Of a stretch of 64,000 nucleotides of DNA, positions 18,740 to 28,386 are shown one piece after another; the stretch's first letter is position 1, and each line of letters begins with the position of its first letter. The notes under the pieces are model-generated. The model had not been told where the DNA came from and did no database searches. It saw only the letters and a list, made by a program, of their open reading frames with translations. Source of the stretch: Candidatus Nanopelagicales bacterium (GTDB taxonomy: Bacteria; Actinomycetota; Actinomycetes; S36-B12; GCA-2699445). The stretch lies in the NCBI GenBank assembly GCA_037045355.1, contig JBAOHO010000012.1, positions 239,071 to 303,070 of the forward strand, given 5' to 3'. A program made the position numbers and the translations under genes.

Positions 18740-20092
18740 TCAGCCCTCGCACTGCCGCAAGTGGCGCCGCTCGACGATGCGACGGTACCCGCCGACGGCC
18801 GACGGTTGGCGGCGCCACCCGTCGATCCAGACGTGCTCCTGATCCGGCGTCCAGGTCAGGGTGTGCACCCCCGCAGGTTGCCAGTCGCTTCGTGGGACGT
18901 CGTCAGGATCCAGTCGCGTCAGAGGTTCGCCGTAGACGGTTCCGGACCAATCTGTGTCCGGCACGACACCCAAGCGCAGTCCATACCCGCCGGCGCAGTC
19001 TTGGACCGCGCGAACCCCCCGCAATGGGTCGCGAGTTCCCCCTCCCCGCGCGGACGTGATGTCCACATAGGTAGCGCAGGGGTCTCGCACCCAGCGATCC
19101 TCTTCATAGATGTGCTCGACGTAGTTGGTGTCCGGGCCGGTCATCGCATCTGTACTGATCAGTCGGTCGGGAGTCCCATCCGAACGAAACACCACGACCG
19201 GATCGGCCATGTGCGGAGGTAGCGCCGAGAGGTCGGAGCAGACCCGCCACGGGTCCCCGAGACTGTCGAAGGTCAGGATCGGGTTGGCGGCAGCACAGGT
19301 CTCGACAGTGGCGAGCCACCGACCTCCGACGAACTGGACTTGCGGGTAGGAGAGGTGATGGGGGGTCGTGTACACGACCGGCCCACGCTGGAGGATTCCG
19401 TCGAGCCACCGCAGGGCACGGATGTGTCCCCGCCCGGTCTTGCGATCGAGTTCCTCCAAGAACAGCCAGCACTGTCCGTCATGAGAGACCACGGTCGGAT
19501 CAGCCCAGAAGAACGAAGGCGGCGGGGAGTGCCACTCGAGTCGACCCGACAACTGCCGCCGTTCGATCAGGTGATCGAGTGTCCTCGCCGGCAGTCGGGC
19601 GACTCCCCATTGCCGATAGGTCATCGCAGCCCGGACGACGCGACCGGCGAGGGCGATGTTCGCCCGTAGATCCGCCGTCCGTGCGTTGGGGGGACCAATC
19701 GGCCGCCGGTCGACGGCAGGGCGGGGCACGGTCGAGTCGGACAGGGCCATCTCGATGAGGGGGCCCGCCGACGAGAGCGCCACTGCGACGGTGCTGACGA
19801 TGCTGCGGCGGACATCGGTGACACCGGCAGCGAGAATCTGATCGCCGCTGCGAAGTTGCAGTTGGACCGGCTCCCGGTGGGCCACGGCGTGGACGATCCA
19901 TTGCGACTGGTTCACAGGGTCACCGGCGGCATCCGTGAAGCGCCACTCCGAGTTGCCGCGCGACGCCGAGTCGGTGACGGTCAGGTCCGCCTGCCCCCGG
20001 GTGACTTCGATCCCGCCATACCCACCACGATGGAGGTACTCGGTGGCCGCGCTCGCCCAACAGCCGATCGTGTCGCTGAGTTGGAGCCTCAC
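18740..20092 (-). CDS. hypothetical protein, possibly of the family annotated as glucosamine inositolphosphorylceramide transferase-like; co-transcribed with the ATP-grasp gene
   Basis: 450-aa ORF. Its stop TGA 18742-18740 abuts the ATP-grasp GTG at 18738. The motif FFWADPTVVSHDGQCWLFLEE is recalled from that family (weak assignment). Confidence 0.55.
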   Translation of the reverse strand: MRLQLSDTIGCWASAATEYLHRGGYGGIEVTRGQADLTVTDSASRGNSEWRFTDAAGDPVNQSQWIVHAVAHREPVQLQLRSGDQILAAGVTDVRRSIVSTVAVALSSAGPLIEMALSDSTVPRPAVDRRPIGPPNARTADLRANIALAGRVVRAAMTYRQWGVARLPARTLDHLIERRQLSGRLEWHSPPPSFFWADPTVVSHDGQCWLFLEELDRKTGRGHIRALRWLDGILQRGPVVYTTPHHLSYPQVQFVGGRWLATVETCAAANPILTFDSLGDPWRVCSDLSALPPHMADPVVVFRSDGTPDRLISTDAMTGPDTNYVEHIYEEDRWVRDPCATYVDITSARGGGTRDPLRGVRAVQDCAGGYGLRLGVVPDTDWSGTVYGEPLTRLDPDDVPRSDWQPAGVHTLTWTPDQEHVWIDGWRRQPSAVGGYRRIVERRHLRQCEG

Positions 20093-20346
20093 GCGTTCCC
20101 CGATCGATCACCCCCGGCAGGCACACCGGTGGCTTGATCCTTGCGCCATCCTCGGGGTGGCACAAGCGAGTTGCGGCTGAGTTCGAACCGGGTAGAGCAG
20201 ATTTCAGCCGGGCTATCACTCTGCTCACACAACGAGTCACCCTGCGTATTTGTTGCCTCCCAGAATGCCCCGATGTCGGCGCTTCCGGGCAGGAGTTACC
20301 CGGACTCACGGGCATAGCGACCCGGCCGCGGCCCGCGGGTAGTGTG

Positions 20347-20403
20347 CAACAGGGGCCCGATGGGGCAACAGGGGCCCGATGGAGCAACAGGGGCCCGATG
20401 GGG
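20347..20403 (+). repeat. 3 x 19-bp tandem repeat (caacaggggcccgatgg[g/a]g), each unit carrying GGGG-N4-ATG, immediately 5' of the CDS at 20411
   Basis: ATGs at 20360, 20379 and 20398 fall in three different frames. Confidence 0.92.
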
Positions 20404-20410
20404 AGGGTGG

Positions 20411-21826
20411 ATGAGCCGGCGCAGCCTGAGCATTGTTATTGCCGTAGTCCTCGTGGCCGGGTTGCTGGCGGGAGCCGCGTTGCTCTTGCGGCAGACAGCT
20501 GAGAGCCATGCCGCTGTGCTATTGCCGACGGGTTCGCTGTGGCGATACGACGACAGCGGAAAACCTTTGGACGTGGCCTGGCGACAGGCCGACTTCGACG
20601 ACTCCCGCTGGCCGGTGGCTCCCGCCCCCTTCGGCTACGGCCAGGAAACCGCGACGGAAATCTCCTACGGGGCCGACCCCAAGCGCAAGCACATCACCAC
20701 GTACTTCCGCACGGGTTTCCAGGTTCCGGAAGGCGTCGCCGGTGTAGAGCTCCGGATTCGTAGGGACGATGGGGCGGTGGTCTACCTCAACGGCAGCGAG
20801 GTCCTGCGCACCGGCATGCCGCAAGGTGAAGTCACAGCGTCAGTCGCCGCCCGCAACGCACCGGACGAAGGGCAGACCTGGGTCAGCGCGGAACTCCCTG
20901 CGGACGTCGTGGCACCGGGGCCCAACACGGTCGCCGTCGAGGTCCATCAGTCCGCCCGCGACTCCAGTGACCTCCTCTTCGATCTCGAGATACTCGCCCT
21001 GGACGAGGCTCCCCCCGCCGACTCCCCGATCCCACCGGGCGCAACGCGCGTCCTGGCCGCCGGGGACATCGGCGAGTGCGGGGGGGCCGCCCCCGAGACC
21101 TCGGAGATCCTTGAGGCTGTCGGCGGACCATTCTTGGCGCTCGGCGATATCGCCTACCCGAAGGGTGCGCCGGAGGACTACAAGGAGTGCTACGACCCCT
21201 ACTACGGGCAGTTCAAGGACCGGACCCGCCCGGTTCCGGGTAATCACGACTACATGACCGACGACGGTCGCCCCTACTTCGACTACTTCGGCGCCACGGC
21301 AGGGACGCAGGAGGAATCCTGGTACTCCCAGGACATCGGCTCGTGGCACATCGTGCACCTGAACTCCAACTGCGAGTACATCGGTGGCTGCGACGAGAAC
21401 TCCCCGCAGTACCGCTGGCTGGAGCAGGACTTGGTCGAGTCCGACACCGCCTGCCTGGCCGCCATCTGGCATCACCCGCGCTACAGCAGCAGCGAATACG
21501 GCGATAACGACGAGGTCGCGCCCTTGTTCACCGCACTCGTGGACGCCGGCGGGGACTTTGTGCTGAACGGGCACGCCCACTTCTACGAGCGGTACCCGCG
21601 GATGTCCGGCACCGGCACTCCGGCTGAGTCAGGCATGCGGGAGTTCATCGTCGGGACCGGTGGTGCCAATCTGTATCCGTTCGCGACCGTCAACCCTGCC
21701 TCGGAGGTCAGGTGGAATCAGGGGCACGGAGTGCTGCAGCTGGACCTGAAAACAGACGGCTACGACTGGCGCTTCATCCCCACCGACAGCGCGATCGTCG
21801 TCGACAGCGGCACCGACGCGTGCTGA
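20411..21826 (+). CDS. secreted metallophosphoesterase (calcineurin-like) with N-terminal carbohydrate-binding-like domain
   Basis: ATG 20411 follows gggagggtgg. Signal anchor MSRRSLSIVIAVVLVAGLLAGAALLL. Motifs LAAGDIGEC, LALGDIAYP, VPGNHDY, WHHPRYSS and LNGHAHFYER. Confidence 0.85.
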   Translation: MSRRSLSIVIAVVLVAGLLAGAALLLRQTAESHAAVLLPTGSLWRYDDSGKPLDVAWRQADFDDSRWPVAPAPFGYGQETATEISYGADPKRKHITTYFRTGFQVPEGVAGVELRIRRDDGAVVYLNGSEVLRTGMPQGEVTASVAARNAPDEGQTWVSAELPADVVAPGPNTVAVEVHQSARDSSDLLFDLEILALDEAPPADSPIPPGATRVLAAGDIGECGGAAPETSEILEAVGGPFLALGDIAYPKGAPEDYKECYDPYYGQFKDRTRPVPGNHDYMTDDGRPYFDYFGATAGTQEESWYSQDIGSWHIVHLNSNCEYIGGCDENSPQYRWLEQDLVESDTACLAAIWHHPRYSSSEYGDNDEVAPLFTALVDAGGDFVLNGHAHFYERYPRMSGTGTPAESGMREFIVGTGGANLYPFATVNPASEVRWNQGHGVLQLDLKTDGYDWRFIPTDSAIVVDSGTDAC

Positions 21827-21842
21827 GCGCCGGCCTGGCCGA

Positions 21843-23606
21843 CTACTTGCCCCGCCTCGCCTTGGCGCTCGCGGACTTCGTCGCGGCCCGTTTGGCCTTC
21901 GCGGTCGTGCGAGCTGTGCCCTGCGCTGTCGCTGTCTGACCGCGCTTCAGGGTGGTGACCGTCACGGTTGTACTCGCCGGACTCGTCCCGACTGTGTTGC
22001 GTGCTCGCACGCTGAAGGAGTACTTGGTCGAGGCCCGCAGACCAGAGTCGGTGAAACCGGTGCTCGCCGTCGTGCCGACCTTCTTCGAGTTCCGATAGAC
22101 GAGGTAGCTGGTGGCCCCGCTGGACGCTGACCACGTGAGCTTCACCGAACTGGAGCTCGGTGCGAATCCCTGGAGGCCGGTCGGCGCGGCTGGGATCACG
22201 GGCGTGGGCTGGGTCGGGGTGGGGGTCGCTGTTGTGGGATTCGGCGTCGGTGTCGCTGTGGTGGGATCCGGTGTTGGCGTCGGGGTCGCGGTCGTGGGAT
22301 CAGGAGTCGGCGTCGGTGTCGCCGTCGGGGGATCCGGTGTTGGCGTCGGCGTGATCTGAGTCGGTGTCGAGGTCGGAGTTGAAGTCGGAGTTGGAGTCGG
22401 GGTGGTGGGGGCGCCGCAGATACCGCTGACGGCACACTTCATGGCGAAGTAGGCGGGTTTGGGCGTGAAGTCCCGCTGGAGCAAACCCCAGTTGTCCTCC
22501 TGCTGATCGCCGGTCGCCTTGTTCCAGTCGTTGTACCAAAACGATGCCTCGACCTGGGGGTACGAGCCCAGCAGGTTCTGCATGGCCAGAAGATTGTCGG
22601 CTTGTTCCGCCTCGGTGACGCCTCGCTTCCAGTTGGGGACCGGCGCGGTGTAGGCGGATTCGTCGTGACTGGACCAGCCGTATTCCGTGGCCCAGATCTT
22701 CTTGGCACCGTCACCGTGTGCCTGCATCAGTGAGATCAGGTTCGGGATGTTGCACGGGTAGTACTCGCGGTATTTCGACTCACAGGCGGTCACTGGTTGG
22801 TCTGCCACCCCGATGTAGGGATGGATGCCGAGAGCGTCGTAGTGACCCGCACCACCATTGTCGTAGAAGCCCTGATACCACGAGGTCTTGACATAGGTCG
22901 GAGCCCCGGCGACGACCGTCACCGCGGGGGCAACAGCCTTGATCTTCGAGTAGGCATCCTTCACGAGGCTGGTGTAGGTGGCGACGGACGTGTTGGCCAG
23001 GAACTCCGGCAGATCAGGTTCGTTCCACAGTTCCATCCCGACCAGCGACGAACTCCACCGCTTGGCGGCCCAAGCAGCAGCATCGCCGTACTCGGCAGCG
23101 CTGCGGGGCACGCCGTTCTTCTCCGAAGTCCCCGTCGACCATTGGGGGGCCCAGTAGAAGACAATCAGGGCTTTCATGCCGCGATCGGTGATCTCTTTCA
23201 GTCGGGCGTCGATCCGGGGAACAGCCCATCCGAGGTCGTATCCACCGTTGGTAGCCGAGGGCAGATTGGGTTGGATCTGCGCCCACGCCACGTCCAATCG
23301 CACATGTTGGACACCGGCCGCGGCAAGGCTGTCGAGGATCCGGGCCCGAGTGGCGTCCGTGTAGTCGCTCCACAGCCCGTGGTATTGGACACCGGCGATG
23401 GGTGTCTTGGCCGTCGGGGCGGTGAAAGACGGATCACCAACCTGCCAGGCAACGGGCGTCGGACCGGCCGCACCCGCTGGAGGAGCCACCATCGTCAAAC
23501 CGACCACGGCGAACACGGCCACCCCGGTCAATGTCAGCTTGCGAATCAACGCCAACTGGCGAAGAAGTGCCAGCTTGCGAAGAAGTGCACCCGTCGATGT
23601 CATCAC
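21843..23606 (-). CDS. secreted clan GH-A (GH5-like) glycoside hydrolase with Pro/Thr linker and C-terminal fibronectin type III domain
   Basis: MELWNEPD (acid/base) and WATEYGW (nucleophile) motifs. TPTPTPDP(T/P)TATP linker repeats. FN3-like PTGLQGFAPSSSSVKLTWSASSGATSYLVYRN... Confidence 0.8.
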   Translation of the reverse strand: MMTSTGALLRKLALLRQLALIRKLTLTGVAVFAVVGLTMVAPPAGAAGPTPVAWQVGDPSFTAPTAKTPIAGVQYHGLWSDYTDATRARILDSLAAAGVQHVRLDVAWAQIQPNLPSATNGGYDLGWAVPRIDARLKEITDRGMKALIVFYWAPQWSTGTSEKNGVPRSAAEYGDAAAWAAKRWSSSLVGMELWNEPDLPEFLANTSVATYTSLVKDAYSKIKAVAPAVTVVAGAPTYVKTSWYQGFYDNGGAGHYDALGIHPYIGVADQPVTACESKYREYYPCNIPNLISLMQAHGDGAKKIWATEYGWSSHDESAYTAPVPNWKRGVTEAEQADNLLAMQNLLGSYPQVEASFWYNDWNKATGDQQEDNWGLLQRDFTPKPAYFAMKCAVSGICGAPTTPTPTPTSTPTSTPTQITPTPTPDPPTATPTPTPDPTTATPTPTPDPTTATPTPNPTTATPTPTQPTPVIPAAPTGLQGFAPSSSSVKLTWSASSGATSYLVYRNSKKVGTTASTGFTDSGLRASTKYSFSVRARNTVGTSPASTTVTVTTLKRGQTATAQGTARTTAKAKRAATKSASAKARRGK

Positions 23607-23674
23607 CTGACGGCCATCGGCTGAACTCAGCGTTTACTTGAGCGCCCCATCCGATCGGGTTTCGGAACTCAGCG

Positions 23675-24808
23675 TCATCCGGTGCCGACGACAGGCCGGC
23701 GACTGCCACCCGCCGCCGCGATGACCTCCGCCAGCCGGATCATCTCCGTATCGAAGTTGTGGAATTCCGCCACGAAGTCCGCTGCCCGTCGGCCCTCCGC
23801 TGCCGCATCGATGTCACCACTCAGTCGGGCCGCGATTGCGTCGGCCAGCGCTTGCGGATCATCGACCGGAACGACGGCGCCGCCGTCTGAGGCTTCGACC
23901 ACCTCGCTACCGGACACGTCGGTCACCACCAGGCTGCGACCGCTGGCCATGGCTTCGAGCATGCTCAGGGACAGCCCCTCCCAGCGTGACGGCAGGACCG
24001 CGATATCCGCCGCCGCCAGGTAGGGGCGCGGATCGCGCGAGGCACCGGGGAACAGCACACCGGGTCCAGCGGATTGCCTCACGCTCTCGAGGTCGGGTCC
24101 GTCGCCGACCAACACAAGCGTCGCGTCGCCGACCCGTTGTCTGACGATCGGCCAGGCGGAGACCAGGACATCCTGACCCTTCTGGCGCGAGAACCTCCCG
24201 ACGCACACTGCGATGGGCCCATCCGGCAGCCCCAGCTCGCTACGGGCGCTGTCCTTGTCAGCGGGAGTCGCGGGAACCCAGCCCGGCGGAACAGGGTTGT
24301 GGACCACCTCGATCGGCACGGTAATGGACCGACGGACGGCCTCCTCGGCCTCGCCATCACCTACCGCGACCACCGTGGTGGTCCAGCGTGCGGCGAACCG
24401 CTCCCAGCCGACTGCGATGGGCTGTGCCGGTCGCGGGAGCGCCAGGTGTGGCCACGCGTGTGGCACATACACGGTGGGCAGTTCACCGCGCAGCGTCGCC
24501 CGCACGACCAGCCCGGCCTTCGCGGAGTGCGCCACCACCACGTCCGGGGCGATCTGAGTCACGAGTTGGCGCAGTCGCCGCGACTCGCGACGCAGGCCTT
24601 TGATCGGGTTGCGCTGCGCCGGCCAACGGTGGGTGGTCACACCGTGATGTGGACTTGGGTTCGGGCACGCCGCATGCACGTCCCAGCCATGATCGCCTTG
24701 ATACTCCGCAGCGGCCCAGGCGTACCGGGGAACCCCGGCCTCGATCGGCTGCCACACATGCAGAACCCGAAGCGGGTCGGCGAACGGAGTGTCCGGCGCG
24801 CCCGTCAT
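23675..24808 (-). CDS. glycosyltransferase family 4 (GT-B, GT1-type)
   Basis: ATG 24808 overlaps the stop of the upstream gene (ATGA). LRVLHVWQPIEAGVPRY..., and a C-terminal EGLSLSMLEAMASGRSLVVTD motif (EX7E type). Confidence 0.85.
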   Translation of the reverse strand: MTGAPDTPFADPLRVLHVWQPIEAGVPRYAWAAAEYQGDHGWDVHAACPNPSPHHGVTTHRWPAQRNPIKGLRRESRRLRQLVTQIAPDVVVAHSAKAGLVVRATLRGELPTVYVPHAWPHLALPRPAQPIAVGWERFAARWTTTVVAVGDGEAEEAVRRSITVPIEVVHNPVPPGWVPATPADKDSARSELGLPDGPIAVCVGRFSRQKGQDVLVSAWPIVRQRVGDATLVLVGDGPDLESVRQSAGPGVLFPGASRDPRPYLAAADIAVLPSRWEGLSLSMLEAMASGRSLVVTDVSGSEVVEASDGGAVVPVDDPQALADAIAARLSGDIDAAAEGRRAADFVAEFHNFDTEMIRLAEVIAAAGGSRRPVVGTG

Positions 24809-26262
24809 CCGGAGCCCTTCATGAAGGCCGTCAGGGTTCGCAGCATGATCTTGAGGTCCAGCCACAGAGTCCAGTTCTGGATGTAATAGTTGTCGTAGCG
24901 CGCACGCTCCTCGATCGAGGTGTCCCCGCGCAGGCCGTGGATCTGCGCCCAACCGGTCAAACCGCACGGCACCCGATGCCGCGCGTCATAGCGGGCGTAA
25001 CGATCCGAGAACTCGTCGACGAAGTGAGGTCGTTCCGGCCTGGGCCCGACGAGGCTCATGTCCCCCCGGAAGATGTTCCACAGTTGGGGAAGCTCATCGA
25101 GCGACGACCGGCGCAGGAACTTGCCGAACCAGGACAGTCGATCGTCATGCTTGACGTTCCAGTTGGTGGCGCTCTCCGTCTCGCTGGCCGGGCGGAGACT
25201 GCGGAACTTCAACAGTTCGAACTCCACGTCATCGATTCCCACCCGGTGCTGCCGGAAGAGAACTCCGGGTCCGTCCACGATGCGATTGATGAGTGCCAGA
25301 AGAAGGAGCAACGGCGACAGCAGCAAGAGCGCGAGTACCGGACACCGTGATATCGATCGCTCTCTTGAGCCACCAGGTGGGGGAGCGGAATGGCGCTCGA
25401 TGGAGATGCTGCAAGGGGATCCCGTCTATTTCATCCGAGGCGCCGCGCTGCGCCGTCAGCTCGAACAGTCGGGGCACGATGTACATGCTCACCTCGGCCC
25501 GATCACACGTCTGGATGATCGGAACCAACTGGTCTTCGGGAGCGACCGTGAAGGCGATGATGACCTGATCGACACGCTCGTCGGACACGATGGTCGCCAT
25601 ATTCTCGGATGGGCCGAGATTGGAGGCGGGCAGCGCCGAATCGGGCAGCGCTGGGTCGCTGTCCACGTAACCGACCAGGGTGCACCCGTACGACCCATCG
25701 GTCACCATGTAGACCCCGAGATCCCGGGCCACCTGACCCGCTCCCAGGATCACCGTTCGTTCTCTTAGATGCCCCCGACGGCGCAGTTCGCGAACGAGCC
25801 AGTAGGTAGCAGTACGGACGACCACCACCAGCACCACGAGCGACGGCGAGGAAGATCTGATCCCGGCCGCCCAGGAGAGATTGTGTGATGAGCGCCAGGA
25901 TCGCCGCACTGGCGGCTCCCGCAACGATCGTGGCGGCCACAAGGCGCGGCAGGTCGTCGAGTACGTGGAGTGACATCTTCATCTGGTACTGACGCGCCAG
26001 CACGCAGTGCGACGATCAAGACCACACCCGTGATGATCTCGTACCACGGCGGATCGGAGACCGACGTCAGATACGCCAGGACGATGGCCAGCAGATCTCC
26101 CACCAGCAGGATCTGCCTGCTGCGCGTGCGGCTCCGGCGGTGGGGGACGGCCGGACCCGAGGGCGCATCGCTCCCCTTCGGCCCGGAGATCACATCATCG
26201 TCTCGCACATCGTCGCGCACCCTCCGATTGTGGCTCGTGCGGCCTGACGCTCGCTCCGTCAC
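24805..26262 (-). pseudogene. polyprenyl-phosphate glycosyl-1-phosphate transferase (bacterial sugar transferase, WbaP/EpsL type), split over four frames
   Basis: Consecutive pieces: MTERASG...EIITGVVLIVAL | (V)LARQYQMKMSLHVLDDLPRLVAATIV...DQIFLAV | LVVLVVVVRTATYWLVRELRRRG...TVILGAG...WWLKRAIDITVSG | VLALLLLSPLLLLLALINRIVDGPGVLFRQHRVG...DELPQLWNIFRGDMSLVGPRP. Junctions lie near 26004, 25841 and 25339. Confidence 0.85.
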
Positions 26263-26512
26263 CCTACTGACGGGGCTCCCAGGGGAGCGCTGAACTTGTG
26301 ATTCCCGTCACAAATCTATTCCCACCGCGTGCTGAGGCTTTCGGTCAATATATCGATGCGATACATTGACTCGACACGTTGGTGAGATACGTCGACTGAA
26401 TATGTCGGAACGATCGAACCGGACGATGTATCCGGCAGCGTTAGGCATTCCTATCACTGCCTCCCGCCGCGGGACGCACCGACCCGCGGTCCGACTGCGA
26501 AGGAGGGACGGC

Positions 26513-27124
26513 ATGGCGAAGCGCTCCGGCGTCCTGGAGTTCGCGGTGTTGGGCCTGCTGCAGGACAACCCCATGCACGGTTACGAGCTCCGCAAGCGAC
26601 TCAACGGAGTACTCGGGACGTTCCGTGCGATCTCATACGGATCGCTGTACCCGTGCCTGAAGGACCTGCTGCGTCAGGGGCTCATCGAGGAAGAGCGACC
26701 GATCGGTACCCCGGAGGGGGCGCCGGCACTGTCTGGCCGGCGCGCCAAGGTGGTCTACCGCTTGACGGCCGACGGCAAGGATCGCTTCGCGGAACTGCTC
26801 GACGACAGTGGCCCGCAGGCGTGGGAGGACGACCGCTTCGGAGTCCATCTGGCATTCTTCGGGCGGACCAACGCCGATGTGCGTATGCGTATCTTGCAGG
26901 GCCGCCGCTCGCGACTCGAGGAACGCCTGGCCACTCTGCGCGGATCCATGACCCGCTCCCGCGAGCGAGTGGACACCTACACGCTGCAACTTCAACAGCA
27001 CGGCCTCGACTCCGTCGAGCGAGAGGTCAGTTGGTTGCGAGAACTGATCGAGAACGAAGAGACACATGGCGCATCCAGCGCCGTCACCACCAACCCGGAC
27101 AACGGGCACAACGCCCGCCGGTGA
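26513..27124 (+). CDS. PadR family transcriptional regulator
   Basis: ATG 26513 follows aggaggg. FAVLGLLQDNPMHGYELRKRLNGVLGTFRAISYGSLYPCLKDLLRQGLI is a PadR winged helix. It sits directly upstream of ino1, as in mycobacteria. Confidence 0.88.
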   Translation: MAKRSGVLEFAVLGLLQDNPMHGYELRKRLNGVLGTFRAISYGSLYPCLKDLLRQGLIEEERPIGTPEGAPALSGRRAKVVYRLTADGKDRFAELLDDSGPQAWEDDRFGVHLAFFGRTNADVRMRILQGRRSRLEERLATLRGSMTRSRERVDTYTLQLQQHGLDSVEREVSWLRELIENEETHGASSAVTTNPDNGHNARR

Positions 27125-27142
27125 ACGAAGGAGAGTACGACG

Positions 27143-28222
27143 ATGGGATCCATCCGCGTCGCGATCGTCGGCGTCGGTAACTGCGCCTCGTCCCTGGTCC
27201 AGGGCGTGGAGTACTACCGCAACGCCGACCCGGAGTCCCGGGTGCCGGGGCTGATGCATGTGCAGTTCGGCGACTACCACGTGAATGACATCGACTTCGT
27301 CGCCGCGTTCGACGTCGACGCGAAGAAGGTCGGGCAGGACCTGGCCCACGCCATCTTCGCCAGCGAGAACAACACGATCAAGATCAGTGACGTCCCGCCC
27401 AGCGGTGTCACCGTTCAGCGCGGCCCGACCCTGGATGGTCTGGGCAAGTACTACATGCAGACCATCACCGAAGCCGCCGACGAACCCGTCGATGTGGTGG
27501 CGGCGCTGCGCGAAGCCCGCGTGGATGTGATGGTGTGCTACCTGCCCGTGGGATCCGAGGAAGCCGCGAAGTTCTACGCACAGTGCGCGATCGACGCGGG
27601 TGTGGCGTTCGTGAACGCACTGCCGGTGTTCATCGCGGGCACGCCCGAGTGGGCCCAGAAGTTCACCGATGCCGGCGTCCCGATCGTGGGCGACGACATC
27701 AAGAGCCAGATCGGCGCCACGATCACCCACCGGGTGCTGACCAAACTGTTCGAGGACCGGGGCGTCACCGTCGACCGCACTTACCAGTTGAACGTCGGCG
27801 GCAACATGGACTTCAAGAACATGCTCGAGCGCGAGCGACTGGAGTCGAAGAAGATCTCCAAGACCCAGTCCGTGACCTCGCAGATGTCGCGGGACATCGG
27901 ATCGCGCAACGTCCACATCGGGCCCAGCGACTACGTCGAGTGGCTCGACGACCGCAAGTGGGCGTTCATCCGCCTGGAGGGTCGCAACTTCGGTGATGTG
28001 CCGCTCAGCCTGGAGTACAAACTCGAGGTGTGGGACTCCCCCAACAGCGCCGGGATCATCATCGACGCCCTGCGCGCAGCGAAGATCGCCAAGGACCGCG
28101 GCATCGGTGGCCCGATCCTGAGCGCATCGAGTTACTTCATGAAGTCCCCGCCGGTGCAGTACACCGATGATGAGGCCAAGACGGCTGTCGAGGCCTTCAT
28201 CGCCGGCGATATCGAGCGCTGA
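27143..28222 (+). CDS. ino1: inositol-3-phosphate synthase
   Basis: 359 aa: [29 protein letters not shown]...[36 protein letters not shown]...[12 protein letters not shown]. This is a typical actinobacterial Ino1. Confidence 0.93.
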   Translation: MGSIRVAIVGVGNCASSLVQGVEYYRNADPESRVPGLMHVQFGDYHVNDIDFVAAFDVDAKKVGQDLAHAIFASENNTIKISDVPPSGVTVQRGPTLDGLGKYYMQTITEAADEPVDVVAALREARVDVMVCYLPVGSEEAAKFYAQCAIDAGVAFVNALPVFIAGTPEWAQKFTDAGVPIVGDDIKSQIGATITHRVLTKLFEDRGVTVDRTYQLNVGGNMDFKNMLERERLESKKISKTQSVTSQMSRDIGSRNVHIGPSDYVEWLDDRKWAFIRLEGRNFGDVPLSLEYKLEVWDSPNSAGIIIDALRAAKIAKDRGIGGPILSASSYFMKSPPVQYTDDEAKTAVEAFIAGDIER

Positions 28223-28386
28223 GGCCCTCCAGTACGGAGTGGAATGCGCTCACCGCGCCATATCCGGCGGGGTGAGCAGTCCGGCTGGCGGGAACGCCGC
28301 ACAAGCCGCGTGATGGCGCGAGATGGCGTGAGATGGCGCGAAGTGCTCGGCAGGGGTGTGGTCGATCCCGTTCAGCCGGCTGAGAC

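Noticed and set aside
26633-27916. 427-aa minus-strand ORF
   Set aside because: It is antisense shadow of the unmistakable PadR and Ino1 genes.
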